The position numbers were made by a program, and so were the translations under genes. From a virus (lineage: Duplodnaviria; Caudoviricetes), in the IMG/VR virus record IMGVR_UViG_3300020161_001351, positions 1 through 49,975 of that record: a DNA stretch of 49,975 nt. One strand, given 5' to 3'. Shown here in pieces: positions 8,500 to 18,500 of the stretch. The first letter of the stretch is position 1; each line of letters opens with the position of its first letter. Under the pieces are notes generated by a model. The model was given only the letters and a program-made list of their open reading frames with translations, was not told the origin of the DNA and ran no database searches.

Positions 8500-10240
8500 A
8501 CTCTTCTTTGTGTGGAACGAAGACATCAGGTCTCAGCATCTTTAACTGAGACACTAAGAAGCAGAGTAGGAAAGAGTGGAAAGAGTCGTCTGTTAATCCT
8601 CTAGTTAGTTTGTACTCATTACATCGTCTCTCTTCTGAATACTCTGAGAAGATATTCAGCATGTCCTGCGCAAAAGGTCTCTCAAATTCTGGCCATTTTG
8701 GAAAGCGGAACACCCCTTTCCGTTTCATTGCGTTGAAAATATCGGACATCACCTCTGTTCTGTTGACCTGAAATCTCTTCATGCCGTCATCCCATTTCCA
8801 TTTAGCCGAAGACAGCGGGGAATACTGATACTTTATTATCCTATTCGGGCCCCACTTTCTAATAAGAGCATCATTTCTATCCAGACCACCACCATAGTCG
8901 GTCCCCACTAATGCTATATTATACTTTCCAATGAATTGGTTAATTATGTCCAACTGAATTGTTGGTTCAGATTCTCGACCCTCAAATCTGCGCATATAAA
9001 ATACAGTGAAAATATCCTTATCATATGCGCCAATAGTCATAACCGTTTTCGAGTTCTCCGCTCCCCAGTCGATACCAGCGAATATCACCTTTCCCGCCAA
9101 TCTCTTCATATGCTTATCCAGCTCTGCCATCTCCATACTTAGTGAGCTGTCACAAGTATCAATGACATCTTGTCGGGTTAGGGGCCTAAGTCCCGAATCG
9201 AAGCTGAGTCCAAGAACCTCGTTAAAAAAAGTGGCCCGAGGATAAATCATCTGTTTGTGTAGAATGTCACTCCACTTGATCCAGGGCACCATCAGCTGAC
9301 AAATTCTATATCCCTCAAAGGGTTCTGGCACATTAGGATCTGCCATAGATGCCCATTGAGAATCTGGATGCATTGGATTCAATAAATTCTGACACTTGGA
9401 ACACATCAACCCAGTCTTTCCTATGTTCGATTCATCCAGCACATTCCAGTATCTATAGTCTCCACCACCACAATGATCACAGGGAATTACCCATTCGTTC
9501 TGAGTTGATTCATTTACCCAGATAGATTCAATTGTATTATCTAGGCTCTTAGGTGTTCCGGAATACATAAACATTTTGAATGGGGAGTGTGAGGCGCACT
9601 CTTCGATAACACCAATATTGCTGCCGATAATGTCCTGTATCTCATCAACAGCTATCATGTCCGCAGCAATTCCACGAACACGGTCAGCATTTAAGTACGC
9701 ATATCTAAGGATGATCTGCGATCTGTTGATAAACTTTTTCTGGAATACGTTGGTAATCAGCCTGTCCATTGTCCACGCTTTTAATCTCTCACTCGTATCA
9801 ATAGCTTCTCGTAAACGATCATTGCTAAATACTTTTGCCTGCAAATTTGTAGGTGCTACATATAGCGATGTAAAGCTTGGTTGAATTGCTGAGAAGGTAA
9901 GGAGTCTATTTCCCAAGGTGGTACTTTTTTCACTCTGTCTTCCAAACTTAAGAAGTAGTTTTTTATTGGTAGAGTTGTAAATAGGCAGCAGATATTTTCT
10001 ATTGTCGAATGCGAATGCTTCTAGCTGCTTGGTATCCGGATTTGGCATTCTGATAGCAAACTCTACGAAGTCACTGGGTAGGATCTCGGTTATCAATTCT
10101 TCTTTGTATGCGATGTTTGATTCATCTATTGGTGCTTCAAGATCCCACTCTTCCAGGATAAATTCCCTACTAGAATCAACAACATGGCTGCTGTTATTGA
10201 GTAGCTGTCTGGCGTATGCGGTATTTTTAACTATGGGCAT
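8489..10240 (-). CDS. terL: Terminase large subunit (lambda GpA-like)
   Basis: Walker A region KFGRQSEKSTT, Walker B IAVDEIQD, coupling motif SGTP, CxxC...CxxC linker, RNase H-like nuclease AGIDWG and DDSFH. Confidence 0.9.
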   Translation of the reverse strand: MPIVKNTAYARQLLNNSSHVVDSSREFILEEWDLEAPIDESNIAYKEELITEILPSDFVEFAIRMPNPDTKQLEAFAFDNRKYLLPIYNSTNKKLLLKFGRQSEKSTTLGNRLLTFSAIQPSFTSLYVAPTNLQAKVFSNDRLREAIDTSERLKAWTMDRLITNVFQKKFINRSQIILRYAYLNADRVRGIAADMIAVDEIQDIIGSNIGVIEECASHSPFKMFMYSGTPKSLDNTIESIWVNESTQNEWVIPCDHCGGGDYRYWNVLDESNIGKTGLMCSKCQNLLNPMHPDSQWASMADPNVPEPFEGYRICQLMVPWIKWSDILHKQMIYPRATFFNEVLGLSFDSGLRPLTRQDVIDTCDSSLSMEMAELDKHMKRLAGKVIFAGIDWGAENSKTVMTIGAYDKDIFTVFYMRRFEGRESEPTIQLDIINQFIGKYNIALVGTDYGGGLDRNDALIRKWGPNRIIKYQYSPLSSAKWKWDDGMKRFQVNRTEVMSDIFNAMKRKGVFRFPKWPEFERPFAQDMLNIFSEYSEERRCNEYKLTRGLTDDSFHSFLLCFLVSQLKMLRPDVFVPHKEESNG

Positions 10241-10259
10241 TTCATTTCCTGAGGTACAA

Positions 10260-10289
10260 TTGACAACATTTTATCTACATAATAATAGT
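10260..10289 (+). promoter_or_regulatory. Candidate sigma70-like promoter
   Basis: Perfect TTGACA at 10260-10265 followed by an AT-rich CATAATAATAGT region and an AAGGAG RBS in a divergent intergenic gap. The -10 spacing is imperfect. Confidence 0.4.
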
Positions 10290-10309
10290 AGAAAGGAGAA
10301 GATGCAACT

Positions 10310-10768
10310 ATGTTCAATTTACTGGTACAAACAATGTGGCTGTGGGGAATGTGCCTTGACGCAACCTCGTGGACGCAACGAAATTACTCGGAGCCGCATA
10401 TGGCGGTGTGCTTGGGTATTGGAATGACCGCTTTAGAACACAAGGTTCCTCCCGAGATTCCTATTGCTTTAGGCTCATCGGAATCAGGATTCACTCACGC
10501 AGTAAGAGACAATGGCGCAGAAGGACCATTGCAGGTAGTCATGAAGTACGTAGACTGTGATTCTTGTGATACAACCACGGCAGGTATTATCGTGCTAAAG
10601 AAAAACATATCTAAGTATGGGATCTACACCGGTCTATGTGTGTATGCTATGGGCAACAAAGGTGTGGAATGTAAGAACAACAGATATGTTAATATGGTAT
10701 TGAGTAGAAGTAGAAAACTGGAGAAGAGATGGAAGCCATTACACCGGAAAAAGCCTTCGGTAATGTAG
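10310..10768 (+). CDS. SLT-family lytic transglycosylase-like protein (152 aa)
   Basis: IALGSSESGF (catalytic ES), GAEGPLQV motif, later YAMG and YV..VL motifs, hydrophobic N-terminus. Confidence 0.7.
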   Translation: MFNLLVQTMWLWGMCLDATSWTQRNYSEPHMAVCLGIGMTALEHKVPPEIPIALGSSESGFTHAVRDNGAEGPLQVVMKYVDCDSCDTTTAGIIVLKKNISKYGIYTGLCVYAMGNKGVECKNNRYVNMVLSRSRKLEKRWKPLHRKKPSVM

Positions 10769-11004
10769 AACATATTTTAGATTTACTTTTTATTGGATGG
10801 AGACCTCTTACCCTCACCGAGAAAGAAAAGATCTTCACAAGAACCTACTATATCGATACGGAGGTATCAGATAAGAAGGGTTTCTACAATCTGGTTAGGG
10901 GCATCAAGATGAAGTATTATTCGGTGGGTAAGATAAAACTAATAGAAAATAGACTGGTTGTTAGTATCGCGCAAATTCAAACAATTCCAGCTTGGTATTT
11001 GTAA
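10729..11004 (+). CDS. Hypothetical protein (91 aa)
   Basis: GGAG RBS, fills the gap to the convergent gene exactly. Confidence 0.55.
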   Translation: MEAITPEKAFGNVEHILDLLFIGWRPLTLTEKEKIFTRTYYIDTEVSDKKGFYNLVRGIKMKYYSVGKIKLIENRLVVSIAQIQTIPAWYL

Positions 11005-11700
11005 CTAGAATTGCTGAGGTCTGGGCATCATGTGGTTAACATGATCTGCCGCTCCGGGAACCCAGCTTCCCGCACTAACCATTCTAGGTGCTACCTTCTT
11101 TCCAACCCATCTATCAATAAAGTTGGAGTGCGGCGCTTCCGTAGCGGGCTTATACCCTAAGGAGTGCTCCATCATTTGCCCCATATTAGAAGTTCTTCCG
11201 GGACTAACTTGTAACTCAAAGTTAACTCCTTCATGGTGCCCCTTTATATTTACACCGTGATATCCAGGTCTTGCTCTGGCGCCAACTTCATGTATTTTTG
11301 CGCCCTTAGATGACAAATGATCTAATATCTTCTGAACGTGCTCGGGCCCATGGCCATATGTTTGCATTCCCAAAAGGTCATCTGGCACAACATGGGCGGT
11401 GTTTGGACTTTTAGCCGCATTAGCTGCTATAGATCCGGGACTCTTAACTCGGGCTCTGTGGATTTTTATTCCGGCTTCTTCCAGCCCAGACATTAATTCA
11501 TGTCCCTTAGAGACAGCTAGCTGTCTCTCTGCGTGGAACATGCCTTCCCCTCCGTGTACTAAATTTTTGCCGCCTACTAGAGCTTGCTTAAGCGCTTTTG
11601 CTCCTACTCTTAGAGTTTCAAATATAGCTTCTTTCTCTAGCTCTGCAATCTTCTCTAGTTCGTCATAGAACGCAGCAATCTTTACTTCTTCGTAGTTCAT
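11005..11700 (-). CDS. Divergent RelA/SpoT-family small alarmone synthetase (SAS) domain fused to an AFYDELEKIA leader (231 aa)
   Basis: Ordered RSH synthetase motifs: RVKSPGS, DDLLG, GYHGVN, FELQV, MEHSLGYK. Confidence 0.75.
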   Translation of the reverse strand: MNYEEVKIAAFYDELEKIAELEKEAIFETLRVGAKALKQALVGGKNLVHGGEGMFHAERQLAVSKGHELMSGLEEAGIKIHRARVKSPGSIAANAAKSPNTAHVVPDDLLGMQTYGHGPEHVQKILDHLSSKGAKIHEVGARARPGYHGVNIKGHHEGVNFELQVSPGRTSNMGQMMEHSLGYKPATEAPHSNFIDRWVGKKVAPRMVSAGSWVPGAADHVNHMMPRPQQF

Positions 11701-12503
11701 TTTCCCCCCGATAAGACCTTTAGGGATACCGGTTTGTTTTGAGTCTTGGCCATCTTGAACTTACGCAGCTCTTTAGCCACAGTAGCCAGCTCTTGGTCAG
11801 ACGAGTTCATGACATCATGTGCCTTAGATAGAGCGCCTACAATTTCTGCCAACATTTTCACCTTGTCAACTGATGCAGGCCAATGTCTAATTTCCATAAT
11901 CGTAGAATAAATACTGTCTACTGCGATCTGAATTGTGTCACGGATAGTAGCATTCTTGGATAGCCCTAGTTTATATGCGGCTACTGCTGGACCACCCTGG
12001 AGAGTGGCCATGAACTGTTCAGTATCTTTAGATGCAAAAGTGGGTATGAGTGCAGACCATTCCGCCACTGTTAGCACAGAGACATTTACATAGTAATGCT
12101 TGAAAGCAATGATAGTCTTTTCTGATATATCTAGATTGTGGATGTTCACCACTCTTAATAGTTCCGTCATTGGTAATTTACCAATGAGTCCCAAAATAAG
12201 ATCTCTCTTAGCCTGACCGCAAGATAGGACTCGGGTACACGCAATCACATCTGCATTAGGATAGACCAGATTATAAATCTCTTCCTTTTTTAGAAAGGAG
12301 ATCGATATGGCACTATCCTTATCCATCATATTAAAATCTCTTGGTGTTCTCGCAATGAGGGCAGTCTTGAAGGTGTTGAAATCCTCTAAGATCACCTTAG
12401 TCATTACAGGAAGACCTAGCTCCTTTAGATGCGTGTTGATGGACACCGCATCCATATCTTGGAGTATTAGATATTTGATGTAGTATAGTGAAGGATGCTT
12501 CAT
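11697..12503 (-). CDS. Hypothetical alpha-helical protein (268 aa)
   Basis: Long ORF translationally coupled on both sides. No motif recognised. Confidence 0.7.
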   Translation of the reverse strand: MKHPSLYYIKYLILQDMDAVSINTHLKELGLPVMTKVILEDFNTFKTALIARTPRDFNMMDKDSAISISFLKKEEIYNLVYPNADVIACTRVLSCGQAKRDLILGLIGKLPMTELLRVVNIHNLDISEKTIIAFKHYYVNVSVLTVAEWSALIPTFASKDTEQFMATLQGGPAVAAYKLGLSKNATIRDTIQIAVDSIYSTIMEIRHWPASVDKVKMLAEIVGALSKAHDVMNSSDQELATVAKELRKFKMAKTQNKPVSLKVLSGGK

Positions 12504-12575
12504 TTATCTTTCGCTCCGCTGCAAAGCTACCTGCTCTGCATAAAAAGCGGCAATTTTTACTGCATCATAATTCAT
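12504..12575 (-). CDS. 23-aa mini-ORF MNYDAVKIAAFYAEQVALQRSER (leader-only peptide)
   Basis: Not in the ORF track. Its ATG overlaps the upstream TAA (TAATG) and its TAA directly abuts the next ATG. The first 14 aa match the N-terminus of 11005..11700 at 11 positions. Confidence 0.7.
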   Translation of the reverse strand: MNYDAVKIAAFYAEQVALQRSER

Positions 12576-14524
12576 TAGATAGCCCCTTCTCTAAGCTGTA
12601 TCTGGCGTAGGCCGGATAATACTTTCTCTGTTGCCGACAATGCAGAAGCACAAGACCCTTCTGGAATATCTGCTAGCCCGAGTCTGCTAGCTAATAGAAG
12701 ATTGGCTAATGAGTCTACGGCATCTTCTAGCTTGGGCATATAAGCTATGAATTTCTGCAAATTTTCGGGAGATAGGAAGTTCAAAGATAGTAGAGCATCT
12801 GCAGTAGATGGATCATATTTCGAAATATCTGCAGCCTCTTTGAACATGGAAACCTTGATGGTTTCGATAAACGCATTTCTGTGTGTTTCTTTTTTAGCTA
12901 CCTTATTCATTCCCGCTGGAATGATTCTATTTCCGGCAACAAAGTTAATCAGTCCACCAGTTCTTTTAGCTGATGCGACTTTGGATCTAACTGATGCGGG
13001 AGGAACACCGACACAGGCTAATAGGAATTCAGCTTCGGCCAGTTTCAAGAATTGCGAATCTACCCCACCCAAGGCAGGACCCTCTAAGGAGATTGATCCA
13101 TCAATAGTCACTCTTCCTGTGATTAGCTGGCCGCTGGCCATCTTTTTAGTCGCCTCAGCCGTTACCTGCTGCGCCTGCATAGGATCTGCCATAAGAGGGT
13201 TTAATGGCTCTCCCAGGGGCATGAATTGGCTATCTGCAGGAATCGCATAAGTGTCCTCATCGTACTTAGCGGCTGCGACTAATCCAGGAACTAGAGATAT
13301 GTTAAACTTGTTACCAGTGATAACGCCTTCACACATATATAGCTCACTACCAGTCTCATCAATAGAGGATCCTCTTATGATGACAGGAGCAAAAGTAGTG
13401 ACTCCACCATTCTTGGATAGGTGGAAGAATCCCATTCCCTGTATCTTACCTGCGGGGAGTGAGTTACTTTGCCCGACAGGTATGCCTATTATATTTTCCT
13501 GTAGAACATAGTGTCTGCCATCGGCAAACATCTTGAGAGGCAATGGGTTCATTTCATAGTCAAATAATTGTGGAAATACCCAACCAACATTGTGCTCGCC
13601 TGCAACAGATATTGTTCTGTATAGCCCGAAAGTGTCTACTTCTTTATAGGTACTAGTAGCCAGTGTCTGTGGGACCTGTGGAACCGAGTTAGCGGGTTCC
13701 TGCATTGTCGTAGTACCTTGAGCTGCTAGTTCTTGCGCATTTCCAGCAGGCATTGCTGCTTGCGCATCTTGAGCGGAGACTGGCTGCGCAGCCGGATTAG
13801 TAAAGTTATCTGGGTTAGCTACCTTCATCGTGTAGTTGTCCCCGTGTTTACTAAACTGTACTATGTATCTTTCTGGATACTCCTTAGTGTACGAAGTATC
13901 TCTACCCGCAAGTTTTACTCCCGCCAAAAACATTTCAGGGTTTGGGGTAGTATTTAGATACACCCTTCCTTCAGTGGAATTTATCCAGCTTGCCAGCTTG
14001 GTAACATCCCCCTCATCCACAGTACCGTTCAGATTGAGAAGCATAGACTGCTTCTCATATACGTTGGAGTTAGAAGATCTCAAACCACCGCCAACATCTT
14101 CCCATGGCGGAGTCATCATCTGCTTTAGGGAGTAATCATAGATTCCTCGGTCAACCTTCATCCCGCCAAAAGTCTGCGGAGACATCAAGTATTCCGATAC
14201 CCGCTCTTCTGATAGAGAGAAGCCCCGACCTTCCTTATTGAAGAAGATATCAAAGGGACTTAGGTTCCAGTCCCTCACAACCACAGGAACCGAAATGCTG
14301 ATTTCCGGAGACGCAGTAGAGGATAACTTTATTGAGCCAAAGGCAATTCCCTTATGTGGGTCAATCTTTGACATATCCACTTGAGGGACAAAGGTGTTCA
14401 GAAAGGGGCACTGCTTTAGTAACTGATTGACAATCAATGGCGCCCATTGATTAGTGTCATCTGGCAGTTTTATAAATGTCCCTGAAGGAACTTCGGCTAC
14501 TTTTTGGAAAAACAATGGTGTCAT
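12575..14524 (-). CDS. Large hypothetical virion/head protein (649 aa)
   Basis: Long ORF in the structural operon, about 9 K-x-A motifs, Q/A/P-rich linker. Confidence 0.7.
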   Translation of the reverse strand: MTPLFFQKVAEVPSGTFIKLPDDTNQWAPLIVNQLLKQCPFLNTFVPQVDMSKIDPHKGIAFGSIKLSSTASPEISISVPVVVRDWNLSPFDIFFNKEGRGFSLSEERVSEYLMSPQTFGGMKVDRGIYDYSLKQMMTPPWEDVGGGLRSSNSNVYEKQSMLLNLNGTVDEGDVTKLASWINSTEGRVYLNTTPNPEMFLAGVKLAGRDTSYTKEYPERYIVQFSKHGDNYTMKVANPDNFTNPAAQPVSAQDAQAAMPAGNAQELAAQGTTTMQEPANSVPQVPQTLATSTYKEVDTFGLYRTISVAGEHNVGWVFPQLFDYEMNPLPLKMFADGRHYVLQENIIGIPVGQSNSLPAGKIQGMGFFHLSKNGGVTTFAPVIIRGSSIDETGSELYMCEGVITGNKFNISLVPGLVAAAKYDEDTYAIPADSQFMPLGEPLNPLMADPMQAQQVTAEATKKMASGQLITGRVTIDGSISLEGPALGGVDSQFLKLAEAEFLLACVGVPPASVRSKVASAKRTGGLINFVAGNRIIPAGMNKVAKKETHRNAFIETIKVSMFKEAADISKYDPSTADALLSLNFLSPENLQKFIAYMPKLEDAVDSLANLLLASRLGLADIPEGSCASALSATEKVLSGLRQIQLREGAI

Positions 14525-14527
14525 GTA

Positions 14528-15586
14528 TCACGCTATCCCGGTTGATTTGGCAGTCACATCAGATTGTACTATGTTGGCGCTCTCATTAGGAGGCCCACCC
14601 GCTGGTGGGTGTGTATGAGTTAGTATAAAGGGTAACAGGTTTGCATTCAATACCGGTATTTGTCCAGGGGAGAGGTTCAGTAATGGAACTCCGTCTGAAT
14701 TAGTGATAATCAGTGAGCTAACTGAAATTGATACAGAGGGCCCATTTAATGTTATACCGTTAGATCTAAGTGATACTTTAGTGTCCCCTACCGAGAACTC
14801 CATATTCTCGGTAGCTGCCAAGGAGATTTCGGGAGAAACCATGTTTATATTTGTATCTGAACTTATAGATATTCCTGCCTTAGCGGTAAGAGTAACTTCT
14901 CCAGATTTGGAGATCCCCCAATAACAACTTAGGTTTTGAGCGCTGCCCCCAGAATCAAATACAGAAAACTCGATTCCACCAGAAGAATGCCCAGCAGAGA
15001 TCTTAACTAAAGCATTCTCGTCGCTAGAAAGCTCTTTAATGCCAACTAGGAATTCACTTGATCCCAAATCACCGGTCTCTCCCGTATAGGTATTCCAGTG
15101 AAATGTCCCACCAAAGGTATCTAACTCGAAGTTCTGGCATAGATTCTTAATGGTATTGGTAATTGGAATATACATGGTTCGGGCCAAATGACCTCCGCGA
15201 ACTTCTACTAGACCCCCAGACCGAATAAGTACTTCTCCCCCTCCAGGGCTACTAAGACAGATATCATCTTGATCCAGCTCTTTTCTATTGGCCGCATGGC
15301 TGCCTGCAGACCGTGGGGGCTGCCATGCTATTACTTGTCCTATCCGATCCATATTTGGAGTCCCGGGGTCGGAAGAATTTAGCATTACCCAACACAGAGA
15401 CCCGGTGGAAGGACTGAAGTTTATACCGGTACCATGCAGGGGATTTACTGATGGGACTGCATATGTAATATTCCTAAGTACTCTTTTGGTTCGCAGAGTA
15501 ATAACATCTACCTGAAACAGCCCTTTGTGTACTGCGGTGACCTGCGCCGTCTCGATGTAAACCGGAAGAGAGGTATGCTGTATCAT
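14528..15586 (-). CDS. Baseplate spike protein (gpV/Gp5-like; 352 aa)
   Basis: N-terminal OB-fold-like segment (AQVTAV...VDV...P..GS.CWV), Ser/Gly/Ile-rich beta-helix repeats, C-terminal HTH (THTHP) iron-binding apex motif. Confidence 0.7.
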   Translation of the reverse strand: MIQHTSLPVYIETAQVTAVHKGLFQVDVITLRTKRVLRNITYAVPSVNPLHGTGINFSPSTGSLCWVMLNSSDPGTPNMDRIGQVIAWQPPRSAGSHAANRKELDQDDICLSSPGGGEVLIRSGGLVEVRGGHLARTMYIPITNTIKNLCQNFELDTFGGTFHWNTYTGETGDLGSSEFLVGIKELSSDENALVKISAGHSSGGIEFSVFDSGGSAQNLSCYWGISKSGEVTLTAKAGISISSDTNINMVSPEISLAATENMEFSVGDTKVSLRSNGITLNGPSVSISVSSLIITNSDGVPLLNLSPGQIPVLNANLLPFILTHTHPPAGGPPNESANIVQSDVTAKSTGIA

Positions 15587-18500
15587 TAGTACTTCCAGCT
15601 ATCCGTCTTATTCTCCCCGAACTCCGCTCCATACGCTATTCCTGCCAGTGGGTTAGCTCCATGGATTCTCGCAGTGGCTCCGGTAGCGGCACCCTCTCGC
15701 AGAGTGCTCTCTAGTTCCTGGTAGTTCATTCGAGCGAGCCAGTCATCACCATGACCTGCCTTAATGGCCTCGTCAATGCCCTTCATTACGTGCTTATATT
15801 TAATCTCGGGTTCTTTTGCTTCACGCCGTTCTTCGTTCTCTTTTAGTATTAGAGTTTCCGACAATACGTCTTTTGGCGAATGTATGTGTAGTAAGTCCTC
15901 CACTACCTCTACGGTATTAGTTAGATTTCGAATTACTGCTTCCACATTTCTCTGCCGAACTCCATAAGACTTGTAGATGCCACCTAAAGTAGAAACTAAG
16001 TGATTTCGGGTATGCTCAATATCTGTGTGTTTCAATAACTCATGAGGTGAAATGGGGCCCCCACAAAGAGGCTGTCCTTTTTTAACTTCATCTCCAACAG
16101 ATACCAGTAGCTTCAGAGTTAGCGGGGTACGGTGAGGAACACCATTTACAAATACGAAATGACCACCCGCCACGGTATCTTCTACAATCTTAGTCACTTT
16201 TCCTGCTTCCGGGGAGAGTGTGGCCTTAGATGGCATGGATTCTGGCTTAACCATTTCAAATATCTGGTTAGCTTGATCGAAGTGTGACGCGGTAGCGTCA
16301 CCACCGCCCATAGCGGAACCACCTGTATTGTGATGATATATTCCAGAAGCTACCAATACATGACTCTCTGTTGTGGCATCATATACAAAATCTAAATCTG
16401 AGTGCATCACATCCTTTATAATTCCTACCTTGTTCCATCCAACTATTTCGGGAGGACTGAAGTCTCCATATGTTTCAACAGACTTTACTTTTATCGATTC
16501 TCCTAGAATAGAGCACGCCAATTCGCTAAGTTTAATGCGTATCTGATATCCCTGATGTAGTGAGTGTTTCCGTCTGGGAGTTGCTACACAGTAAAAGCCA
16601 ATTCCTAGCTTACTAGATATCATGCCCATCTGCTGCAAAAGAGCAAAGGATGTAGTATCTATTTGAGCATACGCTGCCCCGCTATCTGTATGGACAATAC
16701 AACCATCCCCATCTATCATGCCTGAAAGCACAGAAGATAGGTATTCTCGCGAGTAAGACAAAAAGTCTTTAGGCAGCTTCTTGTTTCTGGAATATCTACC
16801 AAATAAGTCATTGAATAGTTGCCCCATTACTAGGCTATTAACCGTCATGCCCTTATGAGTTACTTTTGGATGCCCAATGGTCTGCATGGCTTGGAGCATC
16901 TTATCTTTTATGCTTCCGTTTTTCTGTGAGATATAGACAGCATATGGCTTTTGTTCTTTTTGCTTCTTGTGCGACTTCTTCCAAACCACACAACCTTCAG
17001 CTAGGTAGCTTCCAACCAAATAGGGGTCTAGCCCTAAACTGGCCTCTTTATGTTCCGAGGTAACACAAGTAAGATCTTTGAGTAGTTTTTCTGATCCAGT
17101 CATTTCTCTGGGAGACAGGAACTTATCTTCAGAAATTCCTATTGGGTGAGTGTCTTGGCATATCGTTAAAAGTCCCCCAGAACTTAGTACCTTCATTGGT
17201 GAATCTGGAAGATGTCTTCTAACATGTGTCAGGGGCGACCACTGCTTACTATCATAGACAAACCACCCAGAAGGAACTTTCTTAATTTCTTCAGAGCCCT
17301 CCACAAAAGGAGTAGTTGGGATTTCATGAAATAGATCTTCAAGGGTATAACAGAAGATCCCTTCCGAATTCTTTATGTGTACTAAAGAATGTCGGTGTAG
17401 GCAATGGAAAGCCTTCATAATCATCTGAGTTAACGGCTCAGATAATGCCTCCCCTGCAAGTACTCCGAAGTTAACACCCTTTTCATGTAGCTTACCATTC
17501 TCATTTATACCTGCGCATTTCTGACAGATACCTTCTTTTAGCGCGCAAGTAAGAGAGCTTCTTACTTTAATCTTTGGAGGGGTCTTCTTAAGGGCAGATA
17601 GTACCGAAGGGGTTACTACCTCATCATATTTAAATGCGCCCACGTCTTCTGCTAAGTATCTACCTTCTGCATCCGGGTTATCTGTAGCTATCAGTATCCC
17701 ATTATGGGTCTTGCAATCGTCAGTTGCAATTGGCAGGTTAACCACCAAGTTCATAATACCCTTAGCTCTTGCGCCAGGATCCTGAGTTTCCTTTGCGCGA
17801 GCAAGCGTACCAGATCTAACACCTGGGATTGAGTTCCAATAGTCTGCTGTTGTTAACCCTTCAGAGTATGACTTTCTAACTGGGTTTGGTGACACACCAC
17901 CCATACCATCCATAACCTGTAGTGGGGCTGAGATCATCTGGGTAACTTGCCCCCACTTGCTCAGTGCCCCAGATCCTTGCGTCCAGTTATACAGTTTATT
18001 GTTATCCTTCTTAGCGGCAGCTTCAGTCTCTGAGAGTATGCTTACGTAAGCCTTACCAAATTCGCGAACCTTATCTTCTGGGGTCACCGTTTTTAGTTTT
18101 GCTAACGAAGCATCTGCCACGGCTAAATGCTTCTCACGTATCCCCTTATAGGCGCCGAAGTCCTTAAGTGATAGTGACGAGCCCAAAGCAGTTGCCTGCT
18201 GGTTACCAATGTTCTTCCAAGCATCCATTACATGTGAGTATTCTTCTTGGTGGTCTTTCGCAGCAGCCACCAGAATATCCTGCATCTTCTTCTTGCCTAT
18301 TGACTCACCAAATAGAACATCCTGGCCAATGGGGCTCGATTTTAATGAGCTAGGTAGGGCTGCAAATAACATCGCCCTACCTGCGCTGGTTGCGCTTCCA
18401 GTTAAAGATACTTTATCGGTCAGACCAAGCGTTCCGCTCTTATGCGCCGCTAGGATCTCAGCAGGAGAGTTGAATTTCTTGCCAGAATCCTTACCTAGCG

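Noticed and set aside
234-14524. Major capsid protein among the head-module ORFs
   Set aside because: No ORF shows a recognisable HK97-fold pattern by eye; gene order suggests it lies beyond the left edge.
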